From IMG/VR virus record IMGVR_UViG_3300045741_000280, positions 1 to 61,679 of that record: 61,679 bases of DNA. One strand, written 5' to 3'. Made by a program: the position numbers and the translations under genes. The notes under the pieces are model-generated. The model was not told where the DNA came from, searched no databases, and saw only the letters and a program-made list of their open reading frames with translations. Shown here piece by piece: positions 31,401 to 40,200 of the stretch; the first letter of the stretch is position 1; each line of letters begins with the position of its first letter. This DNA is from a virus (Duplodnaviria; Caudoviricetes).

Positions 31401-34400
31401 TTTATGGCGTTACATCCAATGGAGAATTGGCTATAAATCCGGGAAGACTTTCTCATGTTATAAAAACTCCTGAGGACAAAACTAAATTTCTTTCCCAGCT
31501 GAATATAACATTCACTCCAGAGATGATGGCTTCCCTATCCACTGAAAAAGTGAATAATAGGGAATCGGAGCTTGAAACATTTAATAAAGCCGTAGCCCGT
31601 CTCTCCTACCATCTAAAACAGAGGACAGCTTACATCCTGGACGATGCAAAATCATTCGAGGCTGTAAAAACTCTTGAAGTGATAGCAGAGGCTTCTATTA
31701 CAGCAGGAGCCGAATTTGAAACAACATTTCTTGGTATAGAGGGAACCCAAACAGCTACAAGAATATCTGCAAATGCTATTTCCAAAATAACTAATGACCT
31801 AAATAATAGTCGTACAAAATCTTCCCTGCTTGAAACTCAGCCTCAGCTTAGTGATGTCAAGGATAGCTGGTATTTAAATTATATTCTTTACAATTCAGTA
31901 GGGGGTAGGACAGGGTTTAATATTGATATAGGATATATACAGGGTACATTTGACTCTAATAATAAGCCCATTCCAGGAGCTCGTCTATCCATGCCACAGC
32001 GTCTTGGCCAGGAAATTAATCAAAATCTAAATGGTAGATATTACATACTCATTCCAGCTGATGCCAAAACTCAATGGCTGGCTTCCTTAAAGAATTTTAT
32101 TACATATGCAAATATAGCTTCTGCCACCGATTGGAAGAAAACAGTGAATGAACAATTCCTACAATACTACCATTCTGAGCAGGAGTATTACAATCATTTA
32201 AAGAATACACTCTCTGAAAAGGAACTGAATTCCAGGATGGGGGCTTTAAAGGAAATTTCCAAAAACTATACACTCTCTGACGAAGAATTTATAAAAGCAA
32301 ATACAGATTTTATTAATAGCCAGGTGAGGGCACAGGAGCAATTTCTTAAGGAATATAAAGTTATTACACAAGCTAAAGGAGCCGACTCCTTCAAATGGAA
32401 CGCATTGGATGGAGAATGGGCCAAGTCTAACGGCTTAAATGCAAGAGCTCTTAAACAAGCCTCTATTCTAAATATTCTTACAGCCCGCACAATCAATTTA
32501 TACATTAATAATATAGAATTACATAAATTGTATTTTGGTCAAACTCTGGCCTATAAGGATGCTAAAAGATGGAAATTATTCCAATCCCCACGGGAGTCTT
32601 CCATATTTGGGGTGCCTGCTCTAAACACCATCCTTAATGAGTCCTTAAACACTGTCTCTGGACACACCCTTCCAAATGCTCTAACAGGCCAATGGAAATT
32701 CTCCGACTACATCAATACAGTGATGATGAAGGATGTAATTATGGAAAATCCAGCACTGTCAAAGCTATCTCCTCTCTATCAGAAAATTAATTCTACAGAT
32801 GCCCAGGCATGGGGCCACCTTGTAGCTATGAGAGAGGCCCGTATAAAAGGAGGAACATGGAATTATAAAAGAGATGAGCCACAATTCCAATATTCTCAAG
32901 CTCTTGATAGAAAATACATGTTAGAGGATGGGGTGTTACAATCAAAAGACTCTTCTAAGGATAATTACTATCCAGCCTTTCTTCGAAATCATGACGAGGC
33001 CATTATAGAAAATGGAAATCCTTATTACAAAAAAGATGGAGGAACATATTTCTATGTAATAAAACCCATTCTTTCGAGCCATGTGCAAATGCCCGATGGA
33101 AGGTGGAGTCCTGTTGTGGACAAATACTCCATAGCCTATTTTTCCTATGCAGCCATTCGTTCCACTAATTTTAGGGACCATTATGTAAAAATGCTCCGTC
33201 AGGGAATAGGGTATATTATTGCAGAATCTGGCAGAAAGGTGGGAAAAACCACTCCCAATACATTCTACACTCCCGATGGAGCCACTAATACAGCCCCATA
33301 TGAGGGAGTAACACCCGTTCCATTTTCAGCATGGGGTGTGCAAACTGATACATCCAATAAGAAGGAAACTACCACTAGAGGATCACAGCTTTCTGTACAT
33401 GCTACAGCCAATTTATATAATAATGGTGTTCCAATTACAGAAGAAGCTGGCCGCCTGGCTCAACACAATCTTGCTCTTCTTAACGAGCAAACAGAAATAG
33501 GCTACCATTCCCTAATGAAAAAATTGGGAGCAGAGAAGGATGTAAACGGACAATATAGAATAAACAGTAAAACTAAAATAGTTAATTTAATAAAGGATGA
33601 GCTTCTTAGAAGAGAGGTGGCCGACTCCATCAAACGTCTTCTTTCCACTAAAGAGGGTAATCCTGACGAGCTCACCATCCCGTTTGAGGCTCTGCCTAAT
33701 TATATACAGATAAAACAAATTATATATTCCCATGTAGATAAATCCATCGTAAGACCAAATATGAATGGCTCCCTGAGTGTACAGGTGAGCGGGGCCACGA
33801 TGGAGGAATATGGTGTTAAGAAACATGTGATAAATGGGAAGGATGTTTATACATCCTCCTCTCTCCATTTCTACACTCCTGCTATTGGGGACAAGAAAGC
33901 AGAACCATGGATAGAGGTGATGCTTCCGGCATTGGCAGCTCAAAAGCTCAGAAGGGCAGGATTTAAATGGAATTCCCCGGAGGAGCTATATGATTTATTT
34001 AAGAGTTCTCCGGATGCAGAACAACTTCTTTCGGGTGTTGGATTTCGTATTCCTACACAGGAATTAAATTCTATAGAAAATATTCGTATTAAAGGATTTT
34101 TGCCTGAAGAATTTGGTTCTACAGTTGTAGTTCCAGAGGAAATCACCACAAAAGCAGGCTCGGATTTTGACATAGATAAATTAAATTTATATCTACAGAA
34201 TATATATATTGATAATGAAAAGAAATTAAGAATTGTTCCATATTTTGGTATTGGGGAACAAGCTAAAGCAGAGCTCAATAAATGGATTTCTAAAGATGTA
34301 TCCAAGGATTTTCTATTAAATATAGCCAAATCCGATCCGGATGCTATAGATAATTTAGAGTATGACACAGAAGAAGAAATAGCCTCTTTAAATAAAGGAG

Positions 34401-37252
34401 AAGCCGATAGTGATATAGATATTCTTTATAAACAATCTATTGAGAATGAATATTTTAAGAATATTTCACAGATTCTTTCCCTTCCAGAGAATTTCGAAAG
34501 ACTTGTAACACCCAACACCACCAATACATACACCGATCCTAAAACAGGTATTCTGGCCCAGTTAGTGGAATTGTCAGAAACATTTGATAGCAATCTCAAT
34601 CAAACAATAGTGTCTCCAATGTGGAGTTTACAAACCCGCCACAATCTGGAGTCTATTAAGGGACTTGCAGGGATAGCAATGGTGGCACAAACAGCTATTG
34701 TAAAAAGGCAAAAGTCTGAGATTGCTCTTAACCCCGAAAAAATGCAACTACTTCCTTCCCGTACTAAGGAAATGGTATTTCGTAAAGGCCCCAATCCTCT
34801 GATTCCCCATACATCTATTGGTAAAATGGCCTCAGTTTCCTCCATAAAGGATGTGGAAGGATTCTATATAACAGATAATAATTCCCAAATAGCCAACGGA
34901 ATTGTGGATGTAGCTAATAGTCCATTCCTGGCTCAAATGAATTACAATAGAAGAACAGCTCCTGTATGGCACACAATGATAGCCTTTGGAATGCCTAATT
35001 CTGAAAAACACCCCATTATAGCCCTTTTCATGAACCAGCCTATTGTAAAGGAATATATTAAATACATGGAAATAAACAATAGGGGAGGTAATATTGTTGA
35101 TGCAAATGGAAAAGGAAATGCCTATGATGTTATAAGAAAACAATTTAAACAAAAATTGTCTCCTCCAAAAGTTAGGGAATTTCCAAAAACACTCTCGGCC
35201 TTAACAGAAATGTTAAAGGATGGTATTAAATCATACTATGGAAATGGTACACTCACTCTGGAGCAGAGAGGCCAGCAACTCCTTATTCTGGATGAGCTGA
35301 TGAAATACGGAGTGTATTCTAATCAATTAAATGATTTCCGTCAGGGGACAGACTATGATACATCAAGGATGAGGGATGCCTATTCTATGTATTTCAAAGA
35401 CTATACATATAATAATAATATAGCTAGAAATATATTCTCCGATGTTTCCACGTACATTTCTAACACCCATGCTGGACCTCAAAGAACAGCATTAAATGAT
35501 GTAAATCAAACACTTGCTGATGTATTCATTACACAAAATCCCATAGTGCAGACAGCTCTTACCCCCACACTATCCCGGATAGCCTCAAGGTGGATGTCCA
35601 CGGAGGATAAAAATACCCTGGCTAGAAAGCTGGAGGAATCTCTGCTTAATTATCTTATTCAGACTAAAACTGATAATTCCTCTTCTCTCATTCATTCCAT
35701 GCTTGTGGATTCTAAAACAGCCCTTGTTAATGAAATAAAAGCATTCCGTAAATCTCCCAACACTCCCGATAAAATCCAGGGGAATCTTATTCTTAACAGG
35801 CTAGCTCCATCCATTGGTGGACGTAAACCCATTTCCACTAAGAATGTTACACTAGCTATAAAGCCCAGGGATGTGTTCTCTAAGAACTCTAATAACGCTG
35901 CATTTCAGGAACTTCTTGATAATCCGGCAACAGCTTCCCTGGCCCTGAAGCTAGTTCAGGCTTCCTTCCTCCAAAACGGTGTTTCCTCCTCAAGAATATC
36001 ATTCAAGGATGCCATTCCGGCTAAAGCCTATGCAGATGTAGTAAACCAAATAATGCCCTATATACAGGATGAAGCTGTATTACAGAAATTTATGGACACG
36101 GCCTCTTTCGGAAAAAATAATTGGAATGATGACACTCTCGTTCCAACTGTGTATGATGATGATGATCCTTCTAACGCAGCTGTAAAATATCCTTTAAATG
36201 AGCTATTTATTCCTTTAGATAATTATATATCCTCACTTAAATTACAGGGGATTATTCCTAGCGACTCTCCCACTCCTCATACAATATGGCTTGATGGAGC
36301 TCCTTCCTATTCGCAATTTGTTACACATGTTGATACAATTGTTCCGAGAGAGGGGTCAGAGGATGAGCCAATTATTACAAAAAGATATTTTCAGAGAGTG
36401 GAAAATCATGAAAATCAGGGATGGAGTATACAAGGGGATATTGGTGAGCCGTGGAAAACTCTATTCATACAGGTGAGTGCCTTAGGAGATTCATTCAGGG
36501 CTCAGGAGCATTACGAAACATTACATTCCTCTGTCCTGGATAATGGATATTCCAATCCCGCTGTACAAATTCCCATCCAGGAATTTTATGCCTATCTCGA
36601 ATCAGGAGAATGGAAAAACTCTCCACAGCCTGAATCAGAAGAATTACCAAAAGTTGTAACGGAAACTCCGGAAAAAGCCCTACCTTTACAGGAAAATAAA
36701 GAATCTGAAAAGAAAGAAGAGTCCAAAACTACAGAAACTAAAATTCCAGAAATAGGGAAGCCTAATATAATACAAAAAGTCCTTGAAAATGCCTCTCAGC
36801 AATACTTAAAAGAGTGGTTGGAAAAGAATCCAAGATATTATATACCAATACCAAAATCAGAATGGGGGAAAGATGATTTAGATGAATACTATAAAAAGAA
36901 AGGAACGCTTATCACTATGGATAATATAGAGGAAGCTATAAAACAAAATGAAGCTTTGGGGGACCAAATTACAGATGATTCTAACCCTAATAAAGGATCT
37001 GTAGCTGATTTAATAGATCCAATGAATGATTTTATAGAGCTACCTATTAGCAGCTCCACATCATCTGAGTTCGAAGGATTTAAGAATATATTAAAAGCAT
37101 ATAATGATCCAAGGGAAGAACAGGATTATAAGGATGCTCTGAAAGCATTTGGACAAAAATATGGACTTGGTAAACTCCTTGGTGGAGAAGATGCTTATAA
37201 TCCAAACCAATTATCATTATTCCCAGAAGAAGGAACAGAAGGAATATGTTAA
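25400..37252 (+). CDS. Virion-associated RNA polymerase polyprotein (crAss-type two-barrel RNAP fused to other cargo domains)
   Basis: 3950 aa. Catalytic GSDFDIDKL (DFDID at 34163-34177, aa 2922-2926) is preceded by GFRIPTQ. Also has a zincin-like HETFE (aa 1580) and N-terminal Gly/Ala hydrophobic helices. Confidence 0.9.
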   Translation: MQDGQLSNTLFGEQLNQSDWGKFAPGTGTLNPQGPAPKTNTKIDYDQLEQSLLAQGDAVNKSAKQIESPYKEEQISPLSLDLTGRFKRQLPGADNEDLWGQSQSNWDKMFNGITKGLALAGTTFLQGTLGLAYGLKQVVTGHGLNSLYNNDLSNSFQNFNNSLENTLPNYYTARERAADWLEPSNVFTINFLFDKLIKNFGFSLGAIYSGAAISKILGLIPEIFGISKAKGLSVLANSIEKELTPLPPLVRPAAVTNAILKASKVTNIINTIISPAEKFLISSLGAVTEGGIEALQGLNDWRNKKIQEYKDANGVSPQGEDLNKINNMAEDLGNARFGMNLALLTATNYVQLPKILSSSYKESKIIANGIERSINPITRKLETGLYESALPSTTLGKLAFRAKNIASLFFSPVEAFEEGAQNTIQQGVEDYYNKAYKGEGKDWLNSISEGARQTLHDKSGLEQILIGGLSGGLQQAGFVGTYQNEKGKTRLGFGKSGEIGERGVTGYGGERAKHTADFLAVLNKSKGTQSPDGWMQAMAMSAARGINLQLEGQQYIKQGDLLEAKDNEFDYQHNYLTPRIQYGRFDLVTSDINNYRQLAASPEGWLKLKEMGIANSGDTRESFLARLGQFEENAKNVNSLYQSLNVRYGGVLNKDKTPKYNAEALEKMTYAASKVANYDTRIPQVNASLASAGISTQPIIDSVIASNRVPEGATKEALDQIEGLKKLTDDGRNQLKSDLRDVIEMSLRRKNFLKAYDQLKEDPEKYTPVEEPGVNTSTTINGKNVEIGKEYSLAQPLFREGNKLSISPTLTILSSTLKGELEVKTPTGEITYRKPKDLSYDLLDSDITDEKYNEIAEKAVDSVIGKEEGRDTLDKKLSFINSQNDKELTDEVEDAITKATKTYMEFVVKAREAKDKLAKDAALKKSLEAAQDALDRLSGLETGDETTDTDEKNASFSPNKPLPAFRSSDAANSTNNLPDGEDKSQQLRRQSFLSILPSLSKQNAANIRVLAITKNNEATYGLSGLIAYVKDQIKNSNLDDETKSIYIDEKGEFRPEQEPIIKLYVTKDGAKLHLIGADGKALSPLEGSVLEELKSQGIFSTFHSVIDGVYKMGPRANQPNFSGPYTAEDVEKINKEHQAWRASILDGTTSPEYEIDQISRGVILTDGNNKPLTETVLASDEDLKNKEGLIVIPTIENQISHGGVSFNYTPGFPVFQNGPNISFLNSRTLTPKEAEDVFHLLRRRIETAGTPESARIESYLSSILYLRSPKAGEAASNSQIFHASTEDGYKYFLGNSKPIDFTTAAFDQNKDAITSFFENYHVRINARILKENSPLGYETPSLNEDGSIKEWIKHPSYQYYLLSSKDNSNPFLQTKARKSVSSGDPSIVSRYTTLKGNSFEFTPKVKEEKKAEQPQARAEKVDEERKDAVTAAATASNSTWEIAYSERRNKWIGEYVDEEGKSGAVGGKTEEDVKEQLKALGIIKEEKPEAKEDSVEDKIKEKKDNPSSLDADAFSFVDEAVKYSPIDVEKELAYAREKTPFETTSLKNVIKTSQGIFAWGEFKGMLISVYEKAQAGTGYHETFEGVWKVFTTPQQKAAILKEFQRRPGTFQFFDGKEYSAIPHSEATEFQAKETLANEFAQYVLTKEEPKGPLLVRWFKQLLNLLKGIFSGKIDSLFSKIDAGHYKSASPIYTDGVSEYSFAQLPYTDQYETVQGVALALIQELINPENKNSISLTEFEESTNVSVKEYYDEVYKKLAQIYENDIYTDALGINTNIPLVESFRNYWENIKQDWDEIKKKTDEYLYSLGIVQGYQDEKGNISRLERDDYSNRDYVDDRKYFMNDAKQTASRSIKLLFATIPEIKKRRADGSLMEIRSRSTLMMRPVNYSKTFNLVMSHLLKYNTASEKEEALKTLALTNLDAAYLYNTLNASHPGSILQDEQLKIRFYQAMSKQQPTPWKQRNFSNGTSATTTANLESSTKAIVQRWIDNMKIEASKGNNPLYGVTSNGELAINPGRLSHVIKTPEDKTKFLSQLNITFTPEMMASLSTEKVNNRESELETFNKAVARLSYHLKQRTAYILDDAKSFEAVKTLEVIAEASITAGAEFETTFLGIEGTQTATRISANAISKITNDLNNSRTKSSLLETQPQLSDVKDSWYLNYILYNSVGGRTGFNIDIGYIQGTFDSNNKPIPGARLSMPQRLGQEINQNLNGRYYILIPADAKTQWLASLKNFITYANIASATDWKKTVNEQFLQYYHSEQEYYNHLKNTLSEKELNSRMGALKEISKNYTLSDEEFIKANTDFINSQVRAQEQFLKEYKVITQAKGADSFKWNALDGEWAKSNGLNARALKQASILNILTARTINLYINNIELHKLYFGQTLAYKDAKRWKLFQSPRESSIFGVPALNTILNESLNTVSGHTLPNALTGQWKFSDYINTVMMKDVIMENPALSKLSPLYQKINSTDAQAWGHLVAMREARIKGGTWNYKRDEPQFQYSQALDRKYMLEDGVLQSKDSSKDNYYPAFLRNHDEAIIENGNPYYKKDGGTYFYVIKPILSSHVQMPDGRWSPVVDKYSIAYFSYAAIRSTNFRDHYVKMLRQGIGYIIAESGRKVGKTTPNTFYTPDGATNTAPYEGVTPVPFSAWGVQTDTSNKKETTTRGSQLSVHATANLYNNGVPITEEAGRLAQHNLALLNEQTEIGYHSLMKKLGAEKDVNGQYRINSKTKIVNLIKDELLRREVADSIKRLLSTKEGNPDELTIPFEALPNYIQIKQIIYSHVDKSIVRPNMNGSLSVQVSGATMEEYGVKKHVINGKDVYTSSSLHFYTPAIGDKKAEPWIEVMLPALAAQKLRRAGFKWNSPEELYDLFKSSPDAEQLLSGVGFRIPTQELNSIENIRIKGFLPEEFGSTVVVPEEITTKAGSDFDIDKLNLYLQNIYIDNEKKLRIVPYFGIGEQAKAELNKWISKDVSKDFLLNIAKSDPDAIDNLEYDTEEEIASLNKGEADSDIDILYKQSIENEYFKNISQILSLPENFERLVTPNTTNTYTDPKTGILAQLVELSETFDSNLNQTIVSPMWSLQTRHNLESIKGLAGIAMVAQTAIVKRQKSEIALNPEKMQLLPSRTKEMVFRKGPNPLIPHTSIGKMASVSSIKDVEGFYITDNNSQIANGIVDVANSPFLAQMNYNRRTAPVWHTMIAFGMPNSEKHPIIALFMNQPIVKEYIKYMEINNRGGNIVDANGKGNAYDVIRKQFKQKLSPPKVREFPKTLSALTEMLKDGIKSYYGNGTLTLEQRGQQLLILDELMKYGVYSNQLNDFRQGTDYDTSRMRDAYSMYFKDYTYNNNIARNIFSDVSTYISNTHAGPQRTALNDVNQTLADVFITQNPIVQTALTPTLSRIASRWMSTEDKNTLARKLEESLLNYLIQTKTDNSSSLIHSMLVDSKTALVNEIKAFRKSPNTPDKIQGNLILNRLAPSIGGRKPISTKNVTLAIKPRDVFSKNSNNAAFQELLDNPATASLALKLVQASFLQNGVSSSRISFKDAIPAKAYADVVNQIMPYIQDEAVLQKFMDTASFGKNNWNDDTLVPTVYDDDDPSNAAVKYPLNELFIPLDNYISSLKLQGIIPSDSPTPHTIWLDGAPSYSQFVTHVDTIVPREGSEDEPIITKRYFQRVENHENQGWSIQGDIGEPWKTLFIQVSALGDSFRAQEHYETLHSSVLDNGYSNPAVQIPIQEFYAYLESGEWKNSPQPESEELPKVVTETPEKALPLQENKESEKKEESKTTETKIPEIGKPNIIQKVLENASQQYLKEWLEKNPRYYIPIPKSEWGKDDLDEYYKKKGTLITMDNIEEAIKQNEALGDQITDDSNPNKGSVADLIDPMNDFIELPISSSTSSEFEGFKNILKAYNDPREEQDYKDALKAFGQKYGLGKLLGGEDAYNPNQLSLFPEEGTEGIC

Positions 37253-37270
37253 ACCAAAAAACAATATAAT

Positions 37271-40200
37271 TTGAGCAGTTGCCGTATCTATATTAACAAA
37301 CTTTCTAAGGATGAAAAGGTGCAGGAAAAGCTTACATCTTTTCACAATCAGATATTTAAAAAGCTGATTGATAGTGGGTTATTCAATAAATTCAACGATC
37401 ATTATTTCCTCCCCCCTGTAGGTACAGGTCGCTATTCCAAAGCTCAGGGCCTCATATCAGAATTAAATAAGGAATATACCATCCCTGTTATCGGGACAGC
37501 TTACACAAAAGCTAATTCTAAGGAATATGTATTTGTTAATGTAAAGAATTTGCTTCCAAGAGCACAGGATGAGGCTAAAGGGCCTCAACTAGATTTAGCA
37601 GAAATACAGGCTATTTTAAATCAAAAACAATCTTTAGTATCATCCAAAGCTTCTCCAAAAACTATAGGAAAAGTGAAGGAATGGCTTTCAAGAATTGGTG
37701 TGGATATTAAAACTCTCGATTCTAAGAGGTATGGCGGAGTGAATGGAATAGCCAATCTATTAAAGGCTACAATAGAAATAGCAGAAGGAAAGGAATCAAC
37801 AGCTCTTCCAGAAGAGGCTATGCACTTTGCTGTAGACATTCTAAAAACCTCTAATCCAGGATTATATAGAGCTATGTTCAATAAAATTGGACAATTTAAT
37901 ATATATCAGCAAACGAGGGATTTGTACGCCAACTCTCCAGAATATAAGAATCCAGATGGATCCCTAAATGTTCCCAAAATTAAGGAGGAGGCTATAGGAA
38001 AACTCCTTGCTGAATATTATATTAAAAAGGAAGAATTTGGAACAGAAAAGCCAGAATTACTCCTACAAACTAAGACATGGTGGGACCAACTCGTAGAATG
38101 GATTAAGAGCCTCCTGGGAGTGGCAAATTTCAATCCTTTTGAAGAGGCCGTAAACACTCTACCAGAAAATAATAAAGCCTCTGATGGGCATATAAAAGAG
38201 CTTGCAGAGCTTATACAGGCCCAGGATGTACCCTCCTATATGAGGGACTCCATAGACCAGGCCTTTGATAGGGGGGAATATAGAGAAATTGTTAGTACAA
38301 TAGCTGACCAATTAGCTGACACCCCTACATATGAAACTACAAAACGTCTCTATCTTGGTGGAGATGAGGCCCTTGCACAGGAAATTCTTAGTGTCTATCA
38401 GCAAATGTTACAAATTCAAGGAGAAGAACCTGTAAAGAATGAATTTGCCGATGATTTAATGAAGAAACTGGATGCCAAAATAGAAGAATTTGATCTTAAA
38501 AAGGTGGAAAATCCAAAGGCCAATGAAGAGGACGATAACAACTATTATGAAGCAACAATAGGAGGTGTAAGAGGAAGAACAGACCGCACCACCGAGTATG
38601 CCAAAAGAGCTAATGTAAAATATACAGGAGGAAAGGACTTCTTAGCCAATTTAACTCCTGAGGAAAAGGCCTATAATGATAAATTTGCGTGGAATGGATT
38701 AAATGTACACTTTGACATAGAGAGAATTATTCAATCAGCTCGTAATGAGGATGGAACAATAAAGCCTAAAGGAACATTTGTACCTAATATTGTTCCCACT
38801 GGTCCCAAAGCTGTATTTAAGGTGTTGCAAAACTTTTTATTAGGAACAGATCAAACTACGGGGTTTCTATATCAATTCGAGCCCGGAACTAAGGTGGTGA
38901 TAGAGCAACCTATATTAAATGAGAAAGCTAAAACCAAAACAGAGGATGGAAAAGTGTTAATTGGTAGAGCCGGAACAATTGATTTATTAGTATTGGAACC
39001 AGCTTCTGAAAAACACCCTAAAGGACTTGCTACAATATATGATTGGAAGGTGATGAATATGTCAGAGAATAGCCCTGAATATAAATTTCCTAAGCAATCT
39101 CAGCATAAAATCCAAATTACTGATTATAAAAGAACTCTTAAAGAGGGATATGGATTAAAAGAGTCTGAAATTCAAGCATTTGCAATTCCTATAGCAGGTA
39201 AATATACAATAGATGAGGATAGAAAAACAGGTGTAAAAACACCCAAATTAGAATCGGTAAAGATAGGGAATGTTGATATTAAAACAGAGGATAGACCATG
39301 GCTCCTACCAGTGGTGCCGGATGATCAATCAACAGGAAATACTAAAATAGACTCCCTTGTAAGGGCTCTTAGAGCCAAATATGATAGAATATATAAAAAG
39401 CCTGTTCCGGCCAATCAGCAGGCTGAGAAAGAGGAAGACTTAAATGAAATGTCTTCAGCTATTCGTAATTTACAGGTGGCTATTAATTTCGAACCTCTTT
39501 CCGTGGAAGCCTTAACATTCCAGCATAATGTGGGAAAGATAATAGATAAATATAGCTCCTACGATGCTAAAGGCAAAACTCCTGAAGAATATAATCCTAT
39601 TCTGTCAGAAATAGCTTCTAATATAAATGCTGCTTCCTATTATTCAGATATTGATAGGGTGTTCTCCTCAGAATATAAGGATACGCCCAATCTATCAGAG
39701 AAGAATAAGGCTATATTGGATTCCTTACAGAAGACATCCTCAGCTGCAAAGGATAGTGTAGATAAATTACAGGCTATAAATTCCAGAATAGTAGCTCAAA
39801 TAGCTGCTGAAGGAGGAATTAAGGATATACTATCTCCTGAAAAAGAGGCAAAGGGCATCACTAATTCATGGCTGCAAGCAGGCACCACTCCTATAAAAAG
39901 TAAGCAATTTCTTACACAACTAGCGGTAGATGCCCGTAGTGCAGATGTTATAAAAATCATGAAGATAGAGAAGGAATTTGGTGATTTATATACACCATTG
40001 GAAAAACTAGCCTCCTCTAAGGGTAAGTCCCCCTATGAAATGATAGCCGATGTAAAGGAGCATAAGCTTAAAAGAAGGCTGTCCAGGGATGTGTTAGACA
40101 TCATCAAAAAAGCTAAAAACGATAGAAATAAAAAGGCTATCCTGGATAATATTGACATAGACACATACAATAAACTAGCAGCTGATAGGATAAAAGAGCG

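Noticed and set aside
37586-37600. QLDLA in the 1745-aa protein as a second clamp-binding motif
   Set aside because: It lacks the terminal aromatic residue and is too weak to call.
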